From an uncultured delta proteobacterium (GTDB lineage: Bacteria > Myxococcota_A > Polyangia > Polyangiales > Polyangiaceae), in assembly GCA_963841435.1 (NCBI GenBank), contig CAWJCS010000004.1, positions 96,001 through 160,000 of the forward strand: DNA of 64,000 bases. Direction: 5' to 3'. The notes beneath the pieces are model-generated. The model was not told where the DNA came from. It did no database searches and worked only from the letters and a program-made list of their open reading frames with translations. The translations under genes and the position numbers were made by a program. Position 1 is the stretch's first letter, and each line of letters begins with the position of its first letter. Below, one piece after another: positions 1-11,695 of this stretch.

Positions 1-372
1 GGCTCTGAGCTCCGGCCGTCCATGCGCGCAACTCCCCTGTGTGTCGGTGACCTCGCCGTTCGGCTCGCCCTGGTCGTCAACGCAGTTCGGCGTGACGAGC
101 CGTTCGAGCAGCACGGGAACCGCCTGCGACAGGATTTGCTGCTTGTCGACCATCGACATCGAGTTATCGACCATGAACAAAAGGTCGAGCTTTTCGACGC
201 TGCGGTGCGGCACACTCCGCACGAGCAGATTCGTCGTCAACGGGCGGGTCAGCCCGACGGGGCGATCGAGACACGCCGCGACAAGCGGCGCGAAGGCGAC
301 GAGCGCGGCGACTCCGAACGGTGTGCGACGACGGTGGCGAGCGTGGAACGCGGGCGAATGAGCGAGCGACAT
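1..372 (-). CDS. vWA-type myxobacterial lipoprotein, N-terminal part (runs off left edge)
   Basis: Manual translation from ATG at 372 (not in ORF track): MSLAHSPAF...LVAAC (lipobox)...KLDLLFMVDNSMSMVDKQQIL; DxSxS MIDAS-like motif; frame open to position 1. Confidence 0.8.
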   Translation of the reverse strand, partial: MSLAHSPAFHARHRRRTPFGVAALVAFAPLVAACLDRPVGLTRPLTTNLLVRSVPHRSVEKLDLLFMVDNSMSMVDKQQILSQAVPVLLERLVTPNCVDDQGEPNGEVTDTQGSCAHGRPELRA

Positions 373-497
373 GAGACGCCCTGCTCGCAAGGCCCGTGCC
401 CTCTGCAATAACCGCACAAAGTCCGCTGACCCACGCGCCGGCGGTCGCCAACGGAGTTTCGCAGCGGGCCTGAACGGCCAACCCGGGTGGCGTCCGG

Positions 498-528
498 CAG
501 AGCGAGGCGCCGCCGCCTCGCGGCTCTG
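498..528 (-). terminator. GC-rich hairpin just downstream of the PEGA gene, possible terminator
   Basis: cgaggcg-ccgc-cgcctcg stem (503-520) extended by cagag/ctctg; no clear U-tract. Confidence 0.3.
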
Positions 529-538
529 TCGAGCCCGC

Positions 539-1579
539 TCAGAACGTCAGCCGGGCGTTGGCGCCGCCGCTCTTCGGGCCGACGTAGGGCACGAAGTCCA
601 GCCGCGCGCGTTCGAGGTGCCGCTGGTGCTGCGCCGCAGCCGGCGGGGGCTCGTCGTCGCTCGTGAGGAGCACGATGCCGGTCACCCCGAGCGTGATGGC
701 GACGCCGAACGCCATGTCGGCGATGAGCGCGCTACGCTCGGTGTCGTCGGCGGACTTCGTCGTCGGGGTCTTCTTGAAGTCGCTCTTGGAGCTCAGCGCC
801 TGGACGCCGAAGATCGTACCGACAACGGTGGCCGCGCCGGCGATGCCGAGCGTCACGTACGCAGGCACCATGCTCTTTTCCTCGCGCGGCGGAGGCGGCG
901 GCGGGGGAGGCGGCGGCGGGGGAGGCGCCGCGGCCACGACGGGCGGGGGCGCCTCGCGCACTAGCGAGATGGTCTGCTTGAGGCTGTCGCCTCCCTTGAC
1001 GTTGAGATCGACGTCCTTGGGCTGGTAGCCCTGAGCGGAGACGGTGATGCGGTGCTGGCCCGCGGTGAGCTTGAGGGTCATGGGCGGCTCACCGGGCACT
1101 GGGGTGCCGTCCACGGCGACCATCGCGACCATCGGGTTCGTGTCGAGGGTGACCTCCGCGATGAGCGTGGCCTTCAGAGCGTCGAGGCGCGTCTTGGCGT
1201 CCGCCAGCTTCGCATCCCCGGCTTTGGCGGCCTCAGGATTGGCCAGGAAGTCTTGATAGGCCTTGATGGCCTCGTCGACCTTGCGATCGGAGTCCAGCGA
1301 CTTGGCGATCCAGTAGTCGGCCTGCGGCGAAGGGATCGCATCGTTCGCCTGGTGGAAGGCGTCGATGGCCGCGGCGTAGTCCCCCGCGTTGAAAGCTTTC
1401 TCGCCCTTGGCGTAGGCCTTGCGAGCGGCGTCCTTCTGCTTCTTGGTCGGCGGTTTGGCGGCTTCCGCCTTGGCGGGAGCCTCGTCGCCCGCGTGTGCGA
1501 GCGGAATTGCCGAAAAAGTCAGACCGAGCCCGGCGAAGAGGCCCACGAGGACGTGTGCCGAGAGAGCCTTGTGCTGCAT
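539..1579 (-). CDS. Secreted TPR + PEGA domain protein
   Basis: Likely start ATG 1579 (MQHKALSAHVLVGLFAGL..AHA signal peptide), TPR (ARKAYAKGEKAFNAGDYAAAIDAF), PEGA (VAVDGTPV..LTAGQHRITVSAQGY), poly-Pro linker, hydrophobic C-terminal segments ending RLTF. Confidence 0.85.
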   Translation of the reverse strand: MQHKALSAHVLVGLFAGLGLTFSAIPLAHAGDEAPAKAEAAKPPTKKQKDAARKAYAKGEKAFNAGDYAAAIDAFHQANDAIPSPQADYWIAKSLDSDRKVDEAIKAYQDFLANPEAAKAGDAKLADAKTRLDALKATLIAEVTLDTNPMVAMVAVDGTPVPGEPPMTLKLTAGQHRITVSAQGYQPKDVDLNVKGGDSLKQTISLVREAPPPVVAAAPPPPPPPPPPPPPREEKSMVPAYVTLGIAGAATVVGTIFGVQALSSKSDFKKTPTTKSADDTERSALIADMAFGVAITLGVTGIVLLTSDDEPPPAAAQHQRHLERARLDFVPYVGPKSGGANARLTF

Positions 1580-1705
1580 GAGATGCCTCCGCCGCCCGAA
1601 ACCCCGAGCGGTACCCGAGAGGCTAGTCTGCACGGGACCGAGCGTACAAGCCCCGGGTTCGCCTATAGTGTTTCCAGGGCCGCCCCGGCCGAGCGCCCAG
1701 TATCC

Positions 1706-4700
1706 ATGCCGCCGCCCTCGCCACCTTCGGACAGCGAAGCCACCTCCGGCGACGAACGGGAGGGGAAGCCAGGAGCGCCCCGCCCCTCCGGGCATGCGCC
1801 TGCCGGTACGGTCCACCGCACGTTGCCGCCGCCCGAATGGCTGGGGCGTGACAGTCCGAGGTCGGCGGCGTCGCTCGCGCTCGAGCGCTATCAGCTCGGG
1901 GCGGCAGTCGCCCGTCGCAGCGGCCCTCGCGCCGAGCTGACGAGCCTGTTCGCGCGCATCGAGGGCCCACCGACCGACGAGCAGACGGAACGAGCTGCGG
2001 CGGTCGCGCTTTCGCGCGCTCTTGCGACGCGCGGCACGCAGCTCGATGTCGCGACGCGTCTCGCGCGCCGCGCGCTCTTGCTCGGTGACGATCCCGTGTT
2101 GCGCGAGGAGCTCGCGGGGTGGTTCGTGTCGCTCGGCGAGCCGGCGCTCGCGGCGGCGACGCTCAGGCCGCTCGTGGCGCCGACGGGTGGCCCCGAGGCC
2201 CAAGCCCTGCTCGTTCGCATCGGCGTGCTGCTCGCGCGAGCGGGGGAGGCCAGGGCCGCGAGCGATGCTTTGGCGGACGCCGTCGACGCCGATGCACAGG
2301 ATCCCGTGGCGGCGGAGCTGCGCGCGTCGATCGCAACCTGGGCGCCCGCGGCGGTGGCACCCGAAGAGGCGGCAGCCGCCTACCTCCTCGCGGCCAAGCG
2401 CCGCGAGGCGAAGGGGGACCGCTCGGGCGCCTTCGAGGCGTTGATGCGGGCGTTCGAGATTGCGCCCGCGCACGCCGACGCGGCCGAGACGCTCGCGAGC
2501 GCGCTGCTCGCACGCGGTCGTGCGGGCGCGGCCGACGAGGTTCGTCGCGAGCACGCGGACGCGCTCGACGAGGGGCGGCGCGGCGCGCACGTGCAGCGCC
2601 TCCGGCGCGCGGTCAAGGACGGCGACCTCGCGCGGGCGCTCGGCGCGGCATTCGACGCGCATCTCGACGCCGAGATCGACCTGCGCAGCGTGCTCGCGGC
2701 GATGGACCCCGAAGACGGCGCCGAGGGCGCGACGCTCGGCATCGACGGCCTGCTCGAGCGAGCGGGCATGCACGAGTTGCTCGCGGCGCGTGTCGAGGTT
2801 GCGTCGGATTTTCTCGCGGGGCGCGAGCTCGCGCGAGCGCGCGTGGCGCTCGGTTCGAACTCTACACGGGCCCGCTCGGTCGCCCCGACCGCGCCGTCGA
2901 GGCGTGGATCGAGGCGCTCGTCGCCGATCCCGGCTGCGACCTCGCGCACGACGCGCTGCGACGGCACGCGGTCGCGACGCGCGATCATGCGCCGCTCGTC
3001 GAGGCGCTCGTGCGCGTGGCGAGCCACCCGACGCCCGGCGCCCAGTCCGAGCGCGTGGCTTGCTTGCGCGAGCTCTTGACGCTCACCGAGGAGCGCATTC
3101 AGGACCCGGGTCTCGCGCTGTGGGCGACCGAACAGCTTCGGGGGGTGCTCGACGCGAGCTCCGAGCTCACGTCGGCCGCGGACCGGCTCGAACCGCGCGC
3201 CAAGCTGCAGGACGACGCGCTGTCGCTCGCCCGTGAGGAGCTTTCGCAGCTCAAGGGCGCCGAACGCGCGGGCCCGCTCGGCCGCATCGCCGCGATCTTG
3301 CGGGGGCGCCCCAACGCCGCGGACGCCTACCTCGAGACCCTGCTGGAGCTCATCGAGATCGCGCCGGACGACCGCAACCACGCGCAGGCGGCGGAGCGTG
3401 TCCTTGCACGGCTCGGACGGCATGCCGAGCTCGAGGGGTTGCTCGAGGGGTTCCTCGCTCGCGCGAGCTCGGCCGTCGAGCGCGGACGGCACCGGCTCGC
3501 GTTGGCGACGCTCAAGCGTCGCCGCGGCGACACCGACGGCGCGCTCGAGGAGCTGATGCCGCTGCTCGTCGAGCCGGGCGCGCATGGCGCTGCCTGGAAC
3601 TTGGCGCTGCTCCTCGCCGCGCAACGCGAAAAGCTCGCGCCCCACGCCCAGGCCCTCTTGCGCATCGCCGGGCAGCTCTCGCCGTCGCTCCGGGCGGTGC
3701 TGACGGCCGTGGCCGCGGAGGAGCTCCTCGAGGCCGGTGACATCGATGCCGCGAGGGCCGCCGCGGAGCAGGCTTGTCACGCCGATCCGTCGCTCGCGCG
3801 TCCCGCGGCCGCGCGGGCGCGCGTCGGCGTCGTGCTCGGCGGGCGGCTGGGCGCCGAATCGATCGAGCGCGCGATGAGCATTGTCGTGCCCCGTGCGTCG
3901 CTCTGTTCGGCGCTGGCGCGGTTCTACGACGACCTCGGCGAGTCCCCGCTCGCGGCCGCGTGGGCGCAGCGGCAGAGCGCGCTCCGTCCCGGAGATCTCG
4001 CCGCCGCCGAGTGGCGCCTCTCGCGCGCCACCGCCGGCGACGACGGTGCTCGACTCGCCGACACGCTCGCCTGGGTGCTCTCGCAACCTCAAGCGCTCGG
4101 ACCCGCCGCCAGCACCATCGCAAAAGGCCTCGCGCGGCTCTCCGTGCTGTCGCCCGGGCGAGCGGCCGCGCTCTCGCGCCGAGCGCTCGACGTGCTCGGT
4201 CCGCGCGACGCCGAGCTCCGAGGCGCGGCGCTCGGTGTCGCCGACACCGTGGGGGAAGGTGGGCTCGGCATTGCGGTCATCGAGCGCTGGCTCGGCAGCG
4301 GTTCACTCGGTGCGGAGCGCGGCGCCGTGCTGCTCGACCTCGCGCGCCGCCGAAAGTACGCTGGGGACGCCGACGGGGCGGCGCGGGCCCTGTACCGCGC
4401 GCTCGGCGAGGGCGCGTCCGCGCGGGAAGTGATGGAGGAGCTCGACGCGGCGCTGCCGACGCGCGGCTCGGACGGCGAGATTGCGCTTTTGCGAGCGCGC
4501 GCCGAGGCGCTGAGCGCGCTGCCCGAGGCCGATCAGCAGGGTACGGCGCGTGCGTGGCGCGAGCTCGGTGCCGCGCTCTTCGACCTCGCCTCCGACCCCG
4601 CGGGCGCGCAGCGCGCCTGGGAACGCGCGATGGCGCTCGACGCGGAGCATGGCGTCGAGAACTTCGCGAGCGATCTGATTGCGTGCGCGGGCGAGGCGGT

Positions 4701-7700
4701 CGCGCTCGAGCGCCTCATCGAGCACGGTAAGCGGCGTGGCGAGACCAGCGAGGCGGCCCGGTTCTTCGCGATCGCGGCAGGGATCGCCTTCGGGGCCGGC
4801 CGCTCGCGCGAGGCGTTCGAATGCGCGAAGCTCACGCTCGAGGCCGATCCCACGCGCGGCGACGCCATCGCGATCGCCGAGCGCGCCGCGAGCGAATCCG
4901 ATCTCGACGCGCTCGACGCACTCTACGATCGCATGGCGGGTGCCGCGCTCGGACGCTTCGGAGAGCGCGCCGTGCGTTACCGCGCGGCACGTCAGCTCGA
5001 GCGACGTGGCGCGCTTGCGCGCGCGCTCCACCAGGCGACCCTGGCATTCGAGTCCGTGCCGTCCGAGGGCGTCGTTTTCGTCACGCTCGCGCGCCTGGCC
5101 GACCGCGCCGAGCGGCGCGACGAGATGGTGCGTGCCATCGGGCGCGTCGCCGAGCGCAGCAACGCGGCCGAGCGCTCCGCCTGGCTGCGCCGAGCGGCGC
5201 TGCTTGCCGGCGACAGCGAGGAAGGTGAGCGCCAGCGCATCGACGTTTTGCTCAGGGCGCTCTCGGTGCGCGCCGAGGCCGACCTCATCGCTTCGCTCGG
5301 CACGGCGATCGGCAACTTGGTGCGCGTCGCGCCCGACGAGCGGGACGCAGCGGAGGTGCGCTTTCGCCGCGCCGTGCTGTCGGCGCTTTCGCGGGGCGAC
5401 GGTCCCGAAGGCGCGCGCATCGCCATCGAGGCGGCACGCACGGCCCTGAAGACGTTCGGTGCCGCAGGGCTCGCGGCGCAGGCGATCGAGCGCGCGTCCC
5501 TTTGCGACGGCGACCTCGACGAATTCGGCGCGCTCCTTCCCGACGCTGGGACGCTCGCCGCCGCACCGGAGTCGGAGGCGCTCGTCGCCGCGCTCGTCGA
5601 GCGCTCGAGCGAGAAGTTCGCCGGGGCCGGCGCCGTGCTGCTCGAGCTCGGCGCGGCGATTGCCACGGCGCGCGGCGACGCTGCGCGCGCGGCGGTGCTC
5701 TTGGTCGCGGCCGCGGAGCGCGATCCCGAGCGGCTCGAGCTCGTCCGCCGCGCGGAGCACGCAGCCAAGAAGACGGGGGATCGCGCGCTCGTCGAGCGGG
5801 TGCTCGACGCGATGCCGGACCGCGGCCGCTTCGCGCTGCTCATGGATCTCGCGGCGATGGCCGAGAAGTCGGGCGACGACGGGCGCGCGCTCGACGCGAT
5901 CGAGCGCGCGCGAGTGCTCGTCGATGTGCTGCCCGAGCAGCGCGCCGCGCTCTTCGACCGCTCGGTCCAGCTGCTTTCGAAGCTCGGGCGCCGCGACGAG
6001 CTCGAGGCCCTGCTCGCTAACGAGATCGAGCGTCCGGATTCTGACGCCCGCCCTCGTGCCGCGCGTGGCGCGCGAGCTCGCGTCGCTCATCGGAGCGCGG
6101 GGACGGCCGCTCGCGGCGCTCGAGGTGCTCGAGGCCGCGCTCGAGAAGCACCCCGACCATCCCGAGATGTTGAGCGACACCGCGACGCTGGCGAGCCAGG
6201 CGGGCGCGCGCGAGCGGCAAGCCTGGGCGCTCGGGCGTCTCGTCGATCTGGGCGTCGAGCCCGAAGAACGCGCCTCGCAGCTCCGCGAGCTCGCAGCCTT
6301 GCTCGACTCGCTGTCGGACGACGTGGGGGCCCTCTCGCGCTGGTCCGAGCTCTACGCCCTCGAACCGAACGACCAGGAAGCGCTCGCTGCGCTCGAGCGC
6401 GACGCCGAGCGGCGCGGTGACTTCGAAGCGCTCGCTCGCCTGCTCGATCGCCGAGCGACGCTCGTGGGCCGCGTCGAGGACGTGCGGCGCCTGCGCCTGC
6501 GGCGCGCCGCCGTGCTCGAGCAGCGGCTCGGGCGGTCGGACGAGGCTCGCGCGGACCTCGAGGCGCTCGTCGCCGCCACCGGAGACCACCTGAGCGAGCT
6601 GCGCGTGCTCGCCGATCTCGACGAGCGGCTCGGCGATCCGCTGCGCGCGGCGCCGCTCTGGCTGCGCGCGTCGGGCCTCGCCGCCGATCGCGACGAGGCG
6701 GCCGAGCTGTCACGCCGCTCCTGCCAGGCGTACCTCGCGGGCGGCGACATCGAGAGCGCACACCGTGTGCTCGAGGGCATGGGCACCTGGGTCGAGCGCG
6801 AGAAGCTGCTCGAGCTCGGCGTCGAGATCGAACGCCGCCGCGAGAACCCGGCCGGCCTTTCGGAGGCGCTCGACGAGCTCGTGACGCTCTCGCGCGAGCC
6901 GGAGGAACGTCGCGCGGCGTTGCTCGTGGAGGCTGCGCGCGCGTCGCTCGCGGCAAGCCAGCCCGGGCGCGCACTCGAGCTCGCGGGGCGCGCGGCGCGC
7001 CTCGCTCCGACGCTCGCCGACGCCCAGCTTCTCGCGCGCCACCTCGAGTACACGGAGCGCGGCCCCGACGCAGGCGGCGATCCTCGCGACGTGCTCGCGG
7101 CGTTGCGCGGCGTCCGTGGCACGCTCACGGCCGAGCAGGAGGAGCTCCGCAGCTTTCTCATCGCCGAAGCGCTGGAGCGCGCCGGAGACGGCGACGCCGC
7201 GCTGTCGTTTCTCGAAGGAGAGCGCGCGCGGCTCGGTCCGCGGCCACTGCTCGCGCTCGGTATCGCCGAGCGACGCGCCGCACGCGGCGAATCGTCCGCC
7301 GCTGTGGAAGCGTTCGAGCACGCTCTCGGCGGGGACCTCATGGGCCTGCGCCGACCCGGCGAGGTGGCGCTCGGCGCCGGCGAGGTGGCGCGCCGTGCGG
7401 GCGACTTCGATCGCGCGGAGCGCTATCTCGAAAGTGCGGCGCTCGACCCCGCGCTCGCGCCCGCGGCCGAGAGCGCGCTCGAGGTGTTGCGTGCCGACCG
7501 CGCCGCGGAGCGGGAGCTCGCACAGAGCGGAGCGCCGCCCAAGAAGGCCGGCGGCTCCGAGCCGCCTCCCATTCCTCTGGTGAGGACGGCGCCGTTCCGC
7601 TCCGAGCGCCCCTTCGCGGAGCCCGAGGTCGTGCGCGCCCATGTCGTCATCGACGAGGATGACGAGCCCCCAACGACGCTCAGCGAAGCACCGCCGGCCG

Positions 7701-9049
7701 CCCCGGATGCCGTCCGGGCTGCGCCCGCGATCGCTCCGGAGTCGCCGGGGCCCGCGTCGGCGGCGCCACCGACGAGCGCGCCGGCCCGCCTCGTTCCGGA
7801 GCTGTCCGTGCCGCCCATCGTTTGGGAGATGAGGCACCCGCCGAGCATCTCGGACGCGACCTCCGACGCGAGCGGCCTCGTCACACAGAAGCCGCCGAGC
7901 CCCCGTGCCGCGTCACTGAGCGGGACGTTCGTCGGCAACACCGAGACGGAGGTGAAGCTGCACATTGCGCTCTCCGAGGGCTCGCGCGAAGCGGGGCTCG
8001 AGCTCTGCCGGGTGCTCGAAGGGCAGACCGATCGCGTCCACGACCTGGTCTGGGTGTGCCGGCGGCTGGCGCTCGTCACGCCGGGCGATCCACTGGTCCT
8101 CGCGCGCCTCGCGCGCGCGGCACGCGACGACCGCCACATCGCGTACGCCGTCGCCGTCGAGCACGTGCTCGATCTCGTCCGCCCCGCGCCCTCGCCGCCA
8201 CGTCCGCCGTCGCTCGACGGGCTCGACGTGCATCCGGATGCCGTGCGGGGCCTGCTGTTCCGCGAAACGACGAGCCGAACGCTCGACGCCCTGGCGCTCG
8301 TCTGGGACACGGCGGAGCACCTGTTCCGGCGCGATCCCGGCGCCTACGGCATCACGGGGCTCGAACGCATCGCGCCAATGGCGCCCACGCCGCTCGCCCA
8401 CGCCTACGCCGGCGCGGCACGCGCGCTCGGGTCGCTGCGCACGCCGCTCTTTCAGCGCCGCACCGCCGGCCCCGTCACCGTCGGCGTCGCGCTCCTCACG
8501 CCGCCGTCGGTCGTGCTCTCGGGCGACGTGCAGGCGGAGACGCCCGAGCTCCACTTCCACCTCGGCGCGATGCTTGCTGCTGCGTCCCCGCAGCTCGTGA
8601 TGCTGTTCGGGTTGCCCGAGTCGCAGGCCCGCTCGGTGCTCTCGGCGCTCGGGTTCGCTTTCGGACCGACGCGGCCCGACGCGAGCCGGCTCGGGCCGGC
8701 ACTTCGTCTCGCGGAAATGCTCTGGGAAGCCATCCCCGCTCGCCCCCAGCGGCGGTTGCGCGAGCTCTGCGACGATCCGGAGACGCTCGCCTTCGACCAG
8801 GCGATGCTGCAGGCGCGGCTCGCGGTGCGCCGCGCGGGCCTGTTCGTGGCGGGTGATTTCGCCGTGGCGGCGCACGAGGTCTGCGCGGAGGAGGGACGCT
8901 CGCCCGACGGGCTACGCTCCCCTCAGGGGTTGTTCGAGCTTTGTGGGGAAAGTCCCTCCATCCAGAGCCTCTATGCCCTCGCGCTGAGCCCCGAGTACGC
9001 AGAAATGCGCTGGCATGGCGCGCGCGGCTCGAACCGCCCGGGCTCCTGA
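1706..9049 (+). CDS. Giant TPR/helical-repeat protein (~2,450 aa, AgmK-like architecture), split by two apparent indel errors
   Basis: Ala/Leu/Arg/Glu-rich helical repeats run through ORFs 1052..3079, 2119..6420 and 5459..9049; joins at ~2855 (ctcggtTcgaActctac, reconstructs LGRLYTG) and ~6040 (gatTctg, reconstructs DLTPALV); C-terminal RAGLFVAGD...LALSPEYAEMR resembles the ends of myxobacterial giant TPR proteins. Confidence 0.75.
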
Positions 9050-9115
9050 CGCGCCGCGCCGGCCCGCCGCGTCAGCTTTACTCCCCCGCTGTTTGCGACC
9101 ATTATTTCCCCCCGC

Positions 9116-9763
9116 ATGCGAGCTGCCTCCCGGGCCAAGACAGCGCTGTCACACCTGCGGGCGCCGCAGTGTCGTCCAGCGCCGCGACCCGCGTTGGCAC
9201 ACTCGTCGCATGGACGGCTCTTCATGCTCGCGCTCACGGCCATCACCCCGCTTTTCTCGAGCGGCTGCCTGGTCGCCGACGCGCCCGACTACGGCCCGCA
9301 GCAGCGCACGCCGCCCGTCATCGATCCGCTGAGCGTCATCCCCAATCCTGGCCTCTTCTTCACACAGACCTATCTCAAAAAGCGGTCGTTTTCCCTCACC
9401 GTGCATTCGGAAGACGCCGGTGAGGACCTGTGGGCACCGCTCTACGTCGACTATTCGGACCCGAAACTCCTGAGCTGGCAGATCGACTATCCCCTCGCGG
9501 CCTCCTCCGCGGACAAGGCCAAGTCGCTGAGCTTCGACTGGGGGCCGAACCAGCTCATCGCTCCTGGCTGCCATTCGCTCACGCTGCTCGTCGTGCACGA
9601 CAGTGGCTACGACTTCATCACCCGCCTGCCCGTCCCGAAGAAATCCGACGGCGACATCGCCCAGGTCACGTGGTGGATGACCATCCCCAAGGACCCGGAC
9701 GACCCCCGGGTTCCGAAAGAATGTCCCTCCCAGGAGACCGCGTCGTCCGGCGAGACGCCATGA
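9116..9763 (+). CDS. Hypothetical lipoprotein
   Basis: Lipobox SSGC after a hydrophobic stretch; start may be ATG 9224; stop overlaps next start (ATGA). Confidence 0.75.
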   Translation: MRAASRAKTALSHLRAPQCRPAPRPALAHSSHGRLFMLALTAITPLFSSGCLVADAPDYGPQQRTPPVIDPLSVIPNPGLFFTQTYLKKRSFSLTVHSEDAGEDLWAPLYVDYSDPKLLSWQIDYPLAASSADKAKSLSFDWGPNQLIAPGCHSLTLLVVHDSGYDFITRLPVPKKSDGDIAQVTWWMTIPKDPDDPRVPKECPSQETASSGETP

Positions 9764-11625
9764 GAGGCTGGGTCCGTCTCGCGCTACTCGCCCCGGTGCT
9801 CGGTGCCTGCGCCGTCACCGAGGTTCCCGCGCCGCAGAGCTCCATCTCGCAGAACCAGTGCGAGAGCGACGCCGACTGCCCGGGTGGCCGCTGCGGCGAC
9901 GGCGCCTGCGTTGCCGGCTCGAGCACGCTCACGAGCTTGCTCGTCGAGGTCACGCCTCCGGCGAGCTTCGGAGTCCTTCCGAGCGTGCCCTTTTACACGA
10001 CGCTCGGCACCAACTCGAAGCTCTGCAAGCACATCGTGCTCGATCCCATCGTCCACCTCACGGGCACGGTCACGCTCGATCCGAGCGACTGCACACCGCA
10101 CTTCGTAGACCCCGAGGATTCCGAACGCCTCATCGACCCCATCGACGGGAGCATCCCGGTACAGGTTTCGTTCTCGCCGAGCACGCGCACACGCGGGCTT
10201 CCGACGCAGACGTACCGTTCGCACGTCGTTTCCCCGGGTGCCATGCCGAGCGGCAAGCACGGGTTCGACATCCAGGTCCCGCCGGGCGACTACGATCTCT
10301 ACATCGAGCCGTTCGCCACGCAAGACACGGCCTGTCAGATCCCGCCGCGCCTCTTGTTGAAACAACACGTCGCCGCGAGCGGTCCGCTCGACATCAAGCT
10401 CGCGGCGCCGTCGGCGTTGACGGTTCCCGTGCACTGGCCCACCGGATCGCTCGGCGACTGGACCGTCGAGCTCGTCGATCCGATCTCGGGTCGCGTGCTC
10501 TCGGCGCCTGCCGCGCTCCGCGATCCCCCGAGCGACGAGCCGAGCGGCGCGCTCTACCAGGCGACGCTGTCGTATTCCCATGTTTTTGCCTACAATTCCA
10601 TGGGTCGGCTCGCCCCCATCGACGACGGCAGCGAGATCGTGCGTCTCCGGCCGCCGGCCGACCGCGTCGCGCCCACGATCCTCGGTCAGCTGAGCGCGGT
10701 TGGCGTCGTGGCGGGCACCGCGGGCGGCATCGCGCTCACCACCCCGCTACCGGCCAACGTCCGCCTCGAAGGCCAGACCGCGGAAGCGGGCACGACCCGA
10801 CCGGTCTCCGCCGCCGTCACGCTCGTCGCGACGCGCATCGACGGCATGGATCAGCAGGTGTTCGGATCCTTCTCGCGCACGGTCCAGGTCGGTACGGACG
10901 GTCTGTTCTCCGAGGTCATCCCGCCGGGCGAGTACCTGGTCGATGCCATCCCCAAGGTCGACTCGCTGTCGTGCGGCGAAGCCGGCTGCTCACGGCTCGC
11001 GGCGGTGCGCACCACCTGGACGGTTGGCGCCTCCCCCGACGTGCAGGCCGGCAAGCTGCTCGAGTTTCCCTTCGCCGCGAGCGTCAACGGCGACGCCGTG
11101 AGCAGCTCCGGAGGGTCCGTCGCAGGTGCCGCCGTCCGCGCCACGGCCTCCCCCTTCACCCTCCCCGACGACGTCTGGAACGCCGCCGATGGCCGGTTCG
11201 ACGTGAGCCCCCGGGGTGGGGCGGGTCTCGTGCGCGCCGACGGCCTCTTCGACCTCTACGCGGACTCCGGGACGTTCGATTTCTTCGTCCAACCGGACCC
11301 GAGCACCCGTTTCGGCTGGTACGTACGCCCCCTCTTGAAGGTCGATTCGAACGTTCATCTCCGTCGTGTCACCTTGCCCTTACCCCTCGTGCATCGGGGT
11401 CGCGTGCAGGTGGGGGGGGCGTGCGACGACGCAACGCAGCAAACCGTCGTGCCGAACGCGCTGATTCGCGCCTACGTGTTTCTCACCCCCGAGGGTCAGT
11501 ACTCTGCGGTGGCTCCGAGCGACGGGGCCGTGATCCAGGTTGCCGAAACACGCGCCGACGATAGCGGCACGTTCGAGCTCCTGATTCCAGCATCGTTGGA
11601 CTCACCCGAGCTGCCCTCGCCGTGA
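9760..11625 (+). CDS. Hypothetical lipoprotein with Cys-rich N-terminal motif and beta-sandwich (carboxypeptidase regulatory-like) repeats
   Basis: MRGWVRLALLAPVLGAC lipobox at ATG 9760; CESDADCPGGRCGDGAC; repeated PPGDYDLYIEP / PPGEYLVDAIP / SGTFDFFVQP motifs. Confidence 0.8.
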   Translation: MRGWVRLALLAPVLGACAVTEVPAPQSSISQNQCESDADCPGGRCGDGACVAGSSTLTSLLVEVTPPASFGVLPSVPFYTTLGTNSKLCKHIVLDPIVHLTGTVTLDPSDCTPHFVDPEDSERLIDPIDGSIPVQVSFSPSTRTRGLPTQTYRSHVVSPGAMPSGKHGFDIQVPPGDYDLYIEPFATQDTACQIPPRLLLKQHVAASGPLDIKLAAPSALTVPVHWPTGSLGDWTVELVDPISGRVLSAPAALRDPPSDEPSGALYQATLSYSHVFAYNSMGRLAPIDDGSEIVRLRPPADRVAPTILGQLSAVGVVAGTAGGIALTTPLPANVRLEGQTAEAGTTRPVSAAVTLVATRIDGMDQQVFGSFSRTVQVGTDGLFSEVIPPGEYLVDAIPKVDSLSCGEAGCSRLAAVRTTWTVGASPDVQAGKLLEFPFAASVNGDAVSSSGGSVAGAAVRATASPFTLPDDVWNAADGRFDVSPRGGAGLVRADGLFDLYADSGTFDFFVQPDPSTRFGWYVRPLLKVDSNVHLRRVTLPLPLVHRGRVQVGGACDDATQQTVVPNALIRAYVFLTPEGQYSAVAPSDGAVIQVAETRADDSGTFELLIPASLDSPELPSP

Positions 11626-11695
11626 CCCGGCGGCCCGCGTACCGCTGACAGCGAAAGAGCTAGCGGGAGCGCAAAGCCGCGCCTACCCTTGTCTC

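Noticed and set aside
1580-2773. N-terminal extension of the 744-aa PEGA ORF
   Set aside because: It is antisense to the giant TPR gene; the signal peptide starts at 1579.
2119-9049. Programmed frameshifting in the TPR gene and other split genes
   Set aside because: No consistent slippery motif; doubled-base indels in unrelated genes fit sequencing error better.
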